From: Octopus bimaculoides
Lineage: Eukaryota
DNA: 51,368 nt
Direction: 5' to 3'
NCBI RefSeq assembly: GCF_001194135.2
Contig: NC_068987.1
Span: forward strand, 33,540,708-33,592,075
In this document: in pieces, positions 15,691-26,669 of the stretch
Position numbering within the stretch: the first letter of the stretch is position 1
Layout: every line of letters begins with the position of its first letter
Notes under the pieces: model-generated
The model's database searches: none
What the model saw: the letters and a program-made list of their open reading frames with translations, nothing else
Told to the model about the DNA's origin: nothing
Made by a program: the position numbers and the translations under genes

Positions 15691-15961
15691 TTATTCCTTT
15701 ACTTGGTTCAATCATTTGACTGCGGCCATGCAGGAGCACCGCCTTGAGAAGTTTTAGTCGAACAAATTGAACACAACAATTTTTTTAAAGGCTAGTACTT
15801 ATTCGGTTAGTTTCTGTTTTGAAACTTTTGTTGAATCGCTAGTTTACGGGGACTTAAATGCACCAACACTAGTTGTTAGGCGGTGATGGGGTACAAAGTC
15901 GCAAACACACACACACAAACACACACACATACACACACACACACTCACACACACACACACC

Positions 15962-16009
<48 letters not shown>

Positions 16010-16182
16010 TATACATTTATATACGTTGACCTTTCAGTTTCCGTCAACTAAATCCAATTACAAGGTTTTGGTCGGCCTGAAGCTATAGTAGACGACACTT
16101 GACCAAGGTACCAGGCAATGGGACTGAACCTTTCAGAACCACGTGGTTCGGAAGCAAGCTTCCTAACACACAGCCACACCTG
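15691..16182 (-). mobile_element. Type A SINE, near full length, with internal (CA)n
   Basis: Head caggtgtggctgtgtgttaggaagcttgcttccgaaccacgtgg..., centre ...ttggtcaagtgtcgtctactatagc..., tail ggcggtgctcctgcatggccgcagtcaaatgattgaacc. Confidence 0.75.
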
Positions 16183-16541
16183 TACGCACCTAACCCCACT
16201 CCACCCCTACACAATGCAACCCCATCTTCCCTATCCATCTCATCCCACCCTACATCATTTTTTACACCCACTCCTACATACACCACCTCTACCCCGCCCT
16301 CAGTGTAACCACATACCCCACCTCTACCCCCAGCCTCAGCCTAACCCACACACTACACCACACACCACTACACCATACACCACCATACCACACAACACCG
16401 CATCACATCACGCCACCACGCACACACTAGCACTGACCAGTTCCCAGTCCCACATCCACACACCAACACGTACACACACGTACACGTCAAGGTCAACAGC
16501 CCTCTTCGTGTTTTGTTTCTGTTTTTGTAATTGTCCCTATA

Positions 16542-16575
<34 letters not shown>

Positions 16576-16821
16576 CATACATATTTCTATATATATACAT
16601 ATGCATTTACATCTATATGCAAATATGTTTATACGTACATTCTACATATACATACGCAAGCACACACACGCACACACACACACACACACAGAGTCCCGCA
16701 TGCACACACTTAAAAATGTATTATTTTGATCTCATCTAAGTTTTGTATGGTATTTATGTGGAAAAAATATTGAATAATGTTATTTAAGTGTAACAATATC
16801 TATAAGAATTGTTGCTTGCAG

Positions 16822-16918
16822 GATTTCCTTGCTGATCCCAGGACACCTGTGAACAGAGATAACGAACCTCAGAATAATGGGAATTTAATCCCAGATTCAC
16901 CTGGCTACTTGAATTTTC
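16822..16918 (+). CDS. Candidate coding exon DFLADPRTPVNRDNEPQNNGNLIPDSPGYLNF(R); 3' boundary uncertain (frame stays open to TGA at 16984-16986)
   Basis: Acceptor gttgcttgcag|GAT in phase 0, compatible with the phase-0 donor at 9460. Protein-like sequence. The donor C|gtatcc is weak. Confidence 0.4.
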
Positions 16919-17267
16919 GTATCCCATTCTACTTCCTAGAGCCGACATTTTCAACATGTTTTCAGATACTTGAAAAAATACTTTGAAAAATTAAAGTGCT
17001 TTTCTTCTGCTACGCTGCATAAACCTAACACGTATGGGATGAATCGTTTCCTCTTAATGGTCTGAAACGTTCCTGATAAGGAATATAGAAGAAGTACAGA
17101 ATGGGTACGTAAAAAAAGAAACAAAACTTATTTCAAAGGTAGCTTTAAGCCTGATCGATACATCAACAATAGTGTGAAGTGAGCATATTAGAAGTGGAAG
17201 AATAAGTGTAGAGAAAAGAAAAAAAGTCGGTGTGTGCGTGTGCGAATATGAACTTGAGTGAAGAATG

Positions 17268-17314
<47 letters not shown>

Positions 17315-17875
17315 ATATATATATANNNNNNNNNNNNNNNNNNNNNNNNNNNNNNNNNNNNNNNNNNNNNNNNNNNNNNNNNNNNNNNNNNNNNNNNNNN
17401 NNNNNNNNNNNNNNNNNNNNNNNNNNNNNNNNNNNNNNNNNNNNNNNNNNNNNNNNNNNNNNNNNNNNNNNNNNNNNNNNNNNNNNNNNNTTAGGAACTA
17501 AGCAGCTTAAAGCTTCGCATGGAACCGAATCAAACTGTTTTAAATAATACATATGACTCCCCTTTTCTTGCGTTTGTGCACTCAATCGTATATTCATAGA
17601 CACACACACAAACACACGCACACGCGCACACGCACACATGCACAGGCACACGCGCACACGCACTCATTTACACATGCATTTAGACTTATATATGGATATT
17701 GATATGAATATATACACACGTTTATACATATCTGTACACACACCACCTCTCTCTCTGTTCCTTTCTCTCTCTCCCTATATATATATATATATATATATAT
17801 ACATTCGCATGTATTAAGGTACATTTTCGTGTATCCGTATATGCGTGCATGTATTTGTCTCCATGTGTCAGTCCG

Positions 17876-17919
<44 letters not shown>

Positions 17920-18710
17920 CCAATATCTTTATGTGTGTGTGTGTGTGTATAAGAGTGAAAGGGAGAAAAGGAGAGAGATTTGAAGAGAGTGTGTTCCGTA
18001 AAAAGAAAAACACTGAAGAATACAGAGATGGAGGGATTTAGAATAAGTAAATGGACCAATTCTATATGAAAAATTTGTACGTATGAGAAGCCCCCTGCTG
18101 GTGTATTTGTATCTACAATAGAGAGTGTAACACGTGCCAATCCTCGCCAGATCGATCAGCACATAATCGCATATCTGCTAGTGTTATTTGCTTTAATAGA
18201 GAACAGTTGCTACTAGCTAAATACAAGTAGTGAAAATGTAATAAACAACCGAACAAAATATTGCACCTCTCGCTTATCAATTGTTCAAGCGGTGGTTTTT
18301 AACGCTGATAGTATTTAACATTTACATTATAATCAAAAGAACGGCGAAATCAAATAATAAAAAACAGAAAAGCAAGCAGTCTTCTGCTTATCTCTAAACT
18401 CACCTCCCCAAGCAGAGAGAAGAAAAAAAGGAGAGAGAATGCGATAAAAAAACAAAACAATATCAAATATTTTAAAGCACTATTAAGCAATAAAATCATT
18501 TAGCCGAAAAGATAGCGAGCTCAGTCTTTAGTAAATACTAGCTTCTCAAATGATTCATCTACTGAAGTATAATATTATTTCTAATCTTTGTATTACACTG
18601 GCTTTGGCGACGTATTTCTTCAATTATTCTTAATCAACACCGATACTATTGAAATTGATGCGGAGGAAATTGAAACTTTTCTACTGTGTGGGTTATAAAT
18701 CGTTCTGTAG

Positions 18711-18764
18711 AATTGCAAAGAACACAGAACAATGAGAGAAGATGCTGTGAAATTTCTGTATATG
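18711..18764 (+). CDS. Candidate 54-nt exon NCKEHRTMREDAVKFLYM
   Basis: tcgttctgtag| acceptor and ATG|gtatta donor, phase 0/0, open frame. Short, so a chance match is possible. Confidence 0.3.
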
Positions 18765-19397
18765 GTATTATATATTTTACTTCTGTAAGATTGCTAATAG
18801 CCAAAAGGGAAAAACAGCTGTGTGTTTGTAGATCGGATCCTGTCGACACAAGTGATTTATATACTCGCTCATGATATTTATCTTTAAAGTAGCCCAAACA
18901 TCTTAAGTAGAATTCTTTATACCATCATACAACATACAAAAATAACAGTGAAACTAATTCAAATCAATCATTGCAATCATGAATAATGCATGAAATAATT
19001 TGGTTCAGAACCTGCGGCATCATGGCAGACACTGATTAGACAGTAAAGATAACATGAGGTTGATTAAACACCGGTCAGCTAAGCCTCTGTCCCATAAGCG
19101 GAGTCAGCCACTGTTGAACTGAAGTTTCCAAATCGACACAGGTGACTTTTCTTGTCACTTAGGTCTTCCATTCAATGAATTTCTTTTAAGTCATGCATGT
19201 AATGGTGTGTTGTGCATCAGCACGATTCCACTTGAAACTCCTCAGTCATAGACATCCAGTATCAGTTGGAGATCAGATTCTACCTCGAAGCTATATCTAT
19301 ATATATTAATGAATTTTTAAGAGAAAGTAACAATAAACATGCTTATTTGTTTCAAATAAAACCTTTGTGCTTTCTTTTCAATTCCATCCAACTGAAG

Positions 19398-19433
19398 TCA
19401 ATAGTAAAAGAACGACGCCTTAACATGTTGCTG
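19398..19433 (+). CDS. Candidate 36-nt exon SIVKERRLNMLL
   Basis: First AG after a roughly 65-nt AG-free pyrimidine-rich tract, with strong donor CTG|gtgagt. Phase 0/0, so it joins in frame to the 18711-18764 candidate. Confidence 0.35.
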
Positions 19434-20284
19434 GTGAGTTATTAAAGCTTGCCAATATAAGGGTTTCTCAAGAACTTTGTTTTAACGGTTAAAACAGTGT
19501 GGACAAAATAATGTATGGTTCTGGTGAAGTAATGTCACTCTGGTTGTTAGGATTGTAGAGTCACACTTTCACAGATGCGATATCCAAAAAGAAGACATTG
19601 GTAGTGTGGAATATATTGCCCGGAGATTTTTGATAACTGAATGGTCTAAGATAAGAATCCATAGACAGTGAAGATTGTAAATTTATTAATGGCTAGACAG
19701 AACGCAAATAATGAACTATTTTTCTAGCTACAGACATCGGCGCATACTATGGTGGGGTAAGGGTAGGAACTTGGCTATATAGAAGCTTCTGTGAGCATCT
19801 TTTTTTTTTACATATAATCGACTAACCTTGATGTCAGCTGATTTAATTTTACGAGATTTCTTAATTAGAAGTTAAATGTTTATAGATTTGAGAAAACTCA
19901 CGATGAACTGAGTAGTAGTAGGTAGTTAAAAAAAAAAAGGTTTCTAGACGTACGAGCTGTCTTTTATCTTGAAAACTAGTTCTATCAGTAGAATTTGAAA
20001 TAGAAATAATGCAAGGAGAATGATGCAGAAAGTTGCTCAATTTAAAGAAAGCGTTGATTCTGTAAAAACTCTAGCTCTAGAGCTATTAGAGATAGCGGTT
20101 TTCAAAATACTTATAACAGCAACAATCAATTATTGCAGTCGTCTAAAAATTCTACTATTTCTATCGTTGTTATAATAATACCAAATTATGAACAAGTGTT
20201 AAAAGAATGCAAAATACAACATAACAGAATAGAAAATAGTAATTAAAGAATGAATCGGCAATGAGTAATTTAAAATAATTCAGC

Positions 20285-20645
20285 AAAGGTTCCGAGTTCA
20301 GTCTCGGTGCATAGCAGCTTGGGTATGTGTCTTCTAAGATAGCTTCGGACCGACGGAAGACTTGTGAGTGGATTTGGTGGACGGAAAGTGAAACATATGT
20401 AGATATAAGTGTGTGTGTGTTTGTCTTTGTGTTTGTGTCAGTTTGACAACCGGTGATGGTGCGCTTACGTCCCTGTAACATAGCGGTTGAGCCAAAGTAA
20501 ACGATAGAATAAGTACTACGCTTTAAAAAAATGTCTTACGGTCAATTTGTTCGACTAAAACCCTTCACTGTGGTGCTCCAGCATGGCCACAGTCAAATTA
20601 CTAAAACAAGTAAAAGAATAAATAGAAATCGAAAGAATAAAGAAT
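20285..20645 (+). mobile_element. Type A SINE with CR1-like tail
   Basis: ggttccgagttcagtctc (B-box-like), gcagcttgggtatgtgtcttc (CORE-like by recollection), tail gtggtgctccagcatggccacagtcaaattactaaaacaagtaaaagaata. Confidence 0.75.
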
Positions 20646-21129
20646 TTGAGCGAATGAATTATAGGGTTAGAACGGTGTTAATATTCATCACACTAAGAAG
20701 TAGTTGACCTCGGTTCGAAGTAAGTATATGTTGCACTGGCATCTTAAAGTTGCAGTTATTAATGGTGAATAGTAAATATCCAAACATCTACGATTAGATT
20801 CTGTGTTGAGCTAGTTTGTTACCATCATTTCTTCACTTACAGAATTGTATAAATACTGACAAGGTAGATAGATGCACCATTAGAATGGAACTGTGCAGTT
20901 CAGTGTTCTAGAATTGCTTTGCTCATGGGGCAGTTGTCTACCCTGTCAGTAAATGTAAATGTGATTTTATGCACCTATGAATAGTTTAACTCTTATTTCT
21001 AGCAATACATTTGCTTATAGCCCACACAGTCACAATTAGTGACGACTAAATTTTGCCTAAAGGGTTTATATTGCTCCCAGCTGCCCACATTAATTCTATA
21101 CTATACAGATAGATAGATAGTTAGATATA

Positions 21130-21237
21130 TATAGAGAGAGAAATAGAGAGAGAGAAAGAGAAAGAGAGAGGGGAGAGAGAATGTGAAAGAGAGAGGAGAG
21201 AGAAAGAGAGAAAAAGAGAAAGAGGGAGAGAGAGAGA

Positions 21238-21283
<46 letters not shown>
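21130..21283. repeat. (GA)n/purine-rich simple repeat
   Basis: Direct reading. Confidence 0.95.
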
Positions 21284-21286
<3 letters not shown>

Positions 21287-21354
21287 ATGTATGTAATTAG
21301 TAGTGTCAAATAAACACACCGCTTGATCCTTCCAAAATTATTCCACGAAAAAAA

Positions 21355-21945
21355 ACAAACGTTCTGAGTCCAAATTACGCCGAGATCGATTTTGTCGACT
21401 TGAAGAAGATCCTTTCATGGTCAATACAATAAATACCACTTGAGCATTAGGACCGTTGTAATCGACTTACTCTATTCCCCAACATTTCTGGCTTTGTGAC
21501 AAAATTTGAATAGAATATTATTACTGACAAAAGGCGGTGAGATGGCAAAAACGTTAGCGTACCAGACGAATTACTTGGCGGTATTTTGCCCACTTTTACG
21601 TTCTGAGTTCCAATACCGCAGAGCTTGACTTTGTCTTTCATCCTTTGTGGGGCAACAAAATAAGTACCAGTTGAATACTGGAGTCGACTATCCACACACT
21701 CGAACTTGCAGGCCTTGTATTAACATTTGAAACTAACATTATCATTAACCCTAAGGCGGCGTTTTTGGCCGAACATAAGCATACCAGGTAAAATGCAAAT
21801 AGGCATGCAAATAGGCATGCAAAGAGGCATTTTGCCTGTCTTTATGTACTGAGTTCAATTCCATCCTTCCTGAGGTTGATGTAATCGACTTACCCACTCC
21901 CTGAAATTGTTGGTCTCGCGCCAAAATCTTAAATCACTATTACTA
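21355..21945 (+). mobile_element. Three tandem head-to-tail copies of a second tRNA-derived SINE (type B)
   Basis: The motifs aaggcgg..tggc (head), gttctgagttc(c)aa (B-box-like), tcatcctttc/tg and aatcgact recur three times. Each unit ends in an attatt-like tail (about 21525, 21745, 21945). Confidence 0.65.
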
Positions 21946-22917
21946 TTGACAAAACGCTGCAAATCTGATGTTCGCAGTCAAACACTAAATTCATTATAAA
22001 TAAAATTACATTTATAAATTAATAATGAAGAACATACAACTACAAGTGGCATAATAAGCTTGGTGTTGTCGATACTTGGATATATGATTCGAACTAAAAA
22101 TTTAGCTTAAAATAATCACTTGCTCAAATAAGTTAGAATACATAATATGAAATCTGTCGCAGCCTTTAACGTTGTGTAGGTGTGGAAGTGCTATGAAGAA
22201 GTAAGGACTAACAGCTGGTTGCTTATCGTCGCAATATCATTAGAATTGTCAGGAATGATATTCAAGGAGATAATTAGGAGTGTTGGTGTATTTCAGTGTA
22301 AGCATCAACGAGGAACGAAGGAAGAAAATAGATTTCCAGTTGTTTGTGTTTATTTTATATTTTACATCTCAATAAAGGTGTTTTGACACATATCCTATAC
22401 AAACTCAGCTGGAGTGAGGTGTTCACATCTTGAGGAGAAATAGAAATATGCAGAAATGCTCACAGATAAACACACACACACACTAGTGTGTGTATTCATG
22501 TATATGCACATTCATACATATATACTCATATATTCATGTATATACGTCTATATATATATNNNNNNNNNNNNNNNNNNNNNNNNNNNNNNNNNNNNNNNNN
22601 NNNNNNNNNNNNNNNNNNNNNNNNNNNNNNNNNNNNNNNNNNNNNNNNNNNNNNNNNNNNNNNNNNNNNNNNNNNNNNNNNNNNNNNNNNNNNNNNNNNN
22701 NNNNNNNNNNNNNNNNNNNNNNNNNNNNNNNNNNNNNNNNNNNNNNNNNNNNNNNNNNNNNNNNNNNNNNNNNNNNNNNNNNNNNNNNNNNNNNNNNNNN
22801 NNNNNNNNNNNNNNNNNNNNNNNNNNNNNNNNNNNNNNNNNNNNNNNNNNNNNNNNNNNNNNNNNNNNNNNNNNNNNNNNNNNNNNNNNNNNNNNNNNNN
22901 NNNNNNNNNNNNNNNNN

Positions 22918-22952
<35 letters not shown>

Positions 22953-24094
22953 TATATATATTTATATACATACACACATACATATAGGGTAAGCGTGTGC
23001 ATAAATTGTAAATTCAATTTGTTACTTTCTTTCATGGAGTTAGTAAACTAATCCTAATCTGAGGTTGCGTTAGAGCTAAATATTTTTGAAAAAGAGAATT
23101 GGATTTTGCACAATGATGTTGTTCATGTACTGGAGTGGGTGTCATTTGTGCGCAGGATTTTAAATCAGGTAAACTATCTCACTGTCACATTACCATACAT
23201 CGCAAGAAAGCAAACATTTTCAGTGTGTTTTATATCCTAGGAGGAGCGGGATACATCATGTATAGTTGTTTTCTATCGTGATCCAGTCGTTGAAATTGTT
23301 TCTTCCACTGTTTCAGGAGAGTCACAGATTCAAGAAATACATGTTGGTGTCGAATACAATTGCTGATTATATATGAATACATCACAATCTCGGTATGGTA
23401 TCTTTCTAAATCATGTTTCTCTTTGTAAAACAGGTAAGAGCCTTGAACGAATAAATGAAAAAATAATTGAAATAGTCCAATCTTGAATAGATCTTGAATA
23501 GAAAATGTCGAGCTTTACTTTCTAAACTTCGTAACAATGCTTTCACTTTTAATAATCATTCGATATTTGTTTTAAAATAATAGATAGAGAGAGAGAGAGA
23601 GAGCTAGGCACACAGGCAGATAAATATATATATATATATATATATATANNNNNNNNNNNNNNNNNNTGTGTGTGTGTGTGTATTTATGATGTTGAGTAAA
23701 AAGTAAGTAACGTTTTGAACCATGAAAAATTTGTACCGGAATTTTGCAGAGTTTAGAATTTTGGGGGAAACATTTGTCTGCAATTGTCTGAGAATACAGA
23801 CACAGACTTGTCCAAATGCATCAATAAAGTAACTTTGATATTTTTTTCACTGTTGTTACAATCATGTGGTTTTTGGAGATTGAATAACGTTTTGAGGTGT
23901 GTAAGTGAGTTTGATTTTTTGTTGCCTGTTGCAGGATTTATTGTTGTTTTCTGTTGGAAAGTTCGCTTAGCGGCTTGTAATATTGTAATTGTAATATTGT
24001 TTTAGTTACCCTCCCCCACGGGGGAAGGATTTGTATAAACTGTTAATTGTGTTACCTCGTCGTAGAGGATCATTTACCTCGTTGTAGAGGATAA

Positions 24095-26665
24095 TATTGT
24101 GTAGTCTTTGGTTGATGAACAAGGGCGTTCGGTCCAAAGACAGGACCTGATGTGTGAGACGTTTCACGAGCACTTTGCTGCGTTGTTTACGAGGAGCGGG
24201 ACACTGGATCATGGGGATGCCTTACGGGATTTCCAGGCAAGTGAACTGCGAATCGCAGCACGTAATGCTGAGCGCAGTGAATTGCCAATTACAGCTTCGG
24301 AGGTCAAGGAGGTTCTTTCTGAGTGCTCCGGGGATAGGTCTCCGGGACTTGATGGTTTACCTTACGAATTTTATAAAAGTTTGCCAGAGTTGTTTGGGGA
24401 AATACTGGCTGGTGTTTACGTGAACTGGCAGCAGAATGGGAGAATTCCCAAATCTGTGAGCCGGGGAGTTGTGACTCTAGTCAGAAAAGACTCGAGCAAG
24501 GGAGATATCAATAATAATTTTCGTCTCATAACTCTATTGAATACAGAGGTAAAGATTTTGGGAAGGTGTTAGCCAAGAGAGTTAGAATTGCCGTTGCAAC
24601 CTGGTTGGGGTGGCGCAAACCTGTGCCATCCCAGGAAGGACGATACACGACAACCTTCACCTTATACGCTACCCCTTAGATCATGTTAGTAAAGTTCCTG
24701 GCAAGGGTCTTGCACTGGTGAAATTGGACTAAGGCATTCGATAGGGTGGACAATCGGTATCTGTGGGCTGTCCTCGCGGTGGCTGGACTGGGGCCGATCT
24801 TTCGTGGATGGATCAGCGCTATGTATAGCAGCATCGAGTCTGTGGCCCGGGTGAACGTTCTCTTTTCGAAGCCATTTGCGATCAAGTGTTCGGTTCGACA
24901 GGGTTGTCCCCTGTCTCCGTTTCTTACGTATTGGCTCTTGAGACATTGCTGCAAAGGTTGGAGGCGGCTGGGAGCGATCCTCGTGATCTGTGTTACAGAA
25001 GAGGCACGAAGGCGTACGCAGACGATGTCACCATCATCGTGTCGGACGAAGGGCGACTACCTTTGGTAGAAGACGCCATCAACAGATACGAGGCAGAAAT
25101 TAACCAGGAAAAATCAGTTGGTTTGCAGCTCGGCACCTGGAGAGGCAAGCCAACTACTCCGAACAGCGTCGTCGTTCGCTGGACGGAGGGTCCTGTTAAA
25201 TACCTCGGGGTCTGGTTCGTTCCAGACCTCCAGATAAAGAAAAATTGGAGTGAGGTCACAGGCAACGTGACTACCCTAACTCAGACCTGGTCTGGAAGGA
25301 TGTTGTCCTTTCTAGGGAGGGTGGAGATTGCGCAGTTGTTTATTGCATCTGTGATAACCTACCGCCTGACCGTCGTGCCTTGCCCCAATGTTTGGCTGAA
25401 CAAGTTGGAACGGCTTCTATTCCGCTTTTTGTGGAGTGGAAGACCACCACTTGTGAGGCGCTCTACTTGCTGCCAAAAGCTGTTGAAGGGTAGGTTAGGG
25501 ATGCCTTGGCGAATGATATGCAAATTTGCGTTGATGTTGAGACATCTCTAACTTTACCTAGATGATGAACGAGTGTGGTCTTCGCACGTCAAGTTTTTCT
25601 TTCAGCAATTCTAGTCCTTGCGGGACTTTGGTCCTTGGATCACGCAGAGACATAGAATGGGTGATTAGCACAAAGAGTGCAGACAGGCACTTACGCTGTT
25701 TTCTCGGACGGGCCATACTGGTAACGAGGCTACAACTGCGGATTTCTATAGCGGGTTAGTAGTGGCTAAGTCTGATGACGTCCTAGGGGACACTCTAGGC
25801 TACGATGAAGACCAATTAGCCAGTCTCTTCGGTAGGACATTCGGGCCGGGGTATCTGGATAATTTCCAGATATCCCTGGCTCGGATGATCTATCGAGGGA
25901 CTTTACCAGTTCGAGAGAGGCAGCAACGGCATGGTTTTGGCGGCCCTCCTACATGCCCGAGATGCATGCGGGACAGTGAAACTCTTCCGAATGCCTTCGT
26001 GCATTGTGAGGAAGTAAAGGGGCTGACTGCCTATGTCGAACGGCTGATGTCGGAAACAGAAAGAGTACAGATGTTGGCTGAGTCTGTTATAAAGATTATA
26101 CCACCTTTTAACAAGGAACGTAATGTAAGTTTTTTCTGCGTAGTGGCCACACTGAAAAACACAGTATAGACGATGCAGATTGAATAGTTTTTTTAACTAT
26201 CACCTGCGGAGTAAGATCGGTCTGGGGAGGAACTCCCTGTCTCAAGGTATGTTTCGAAAAAGATGGACGCCTGTAGAAAGAATGATGCGAACGGAAGGTG
26301 TCGAGCTGGTGTAGCCGGATCTGGAAGAAAAAAAGGAAAAGAAAAAAAAAGTGAGAAAACAGCTGGCGTGTTGATTGGAGTCCCGTATTGATTTTTTTTT
26401 CAAATTGACTCGATTTTTGTGATTTTTTTCAATTTTCGGTTTTTATTATATCTATAGTTCTGTGAATTTAAAAAAAAAAAGATTTCATTACAACAATTGT
26501 TATCTGTTCTGGTGTCTATGTTCGTCTCCCTCTATGTTCGTCCCCCNNNNNNNNNNTCTATGTTCGTCCCCCACTATGTTCTTCCCCCTCTATGTTCGTC
26601 CCCCTCTATGTTCGGCCCCCCTCTATGTTCGTCCCCCTCTATGTTCATCTTCTTATAGACAATAA
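24095..26665 (+). mobile_element. L1/Tx1-clade LINE, 5'-truncated, frameshifted ORF2 (RT plus C-terminal Cys/His region) and 3' UTR
   Basis: RT motifs SPGLDGLPYEFYK, RLITLLNTEVKIL, KAFDRVD, VRQGCPLSP, AYADDVT, VKYLGVWF and C-terminal CPRC...AFVHC in the ORFs at 24108-26169. Stops and frameshifts between ORFs. AATAAA at about 26661. Confidence 0.9.
26515..26650 (+). repeat. About 16-bp minisatellite (CCCCCTCTATGTTCGT) in the LINE 3' UTR
   Basis: At least seven units of ctatgttc(g)tccccc around a 10-N gap, immediately before the poly(A) signal. Confidence 0.85.
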
Positions 26666-26669
26666 AAGA

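Noticed and set aside
16185-16480. Pro/His/Thr-rich ORFs (16099-16308, 16118-16729)
   Set aside because: Degenerate C/A-rich low-complexity repeat with no splice or domain support.
23860-23900. GFWRLNNVL resembling the post-endonuclease GYWKLN motif of L1 ORF2
   Set aside because: No SDH motif upstream and no continuing homology to the LINE 200 nt downstream.
26515-26650. Short regular repeat as a possible CRISPR array
   Set aside because: Units are adjacent with no unique spacers, the context is eukaryotic and there are no cas genes. It is a minisatellite.
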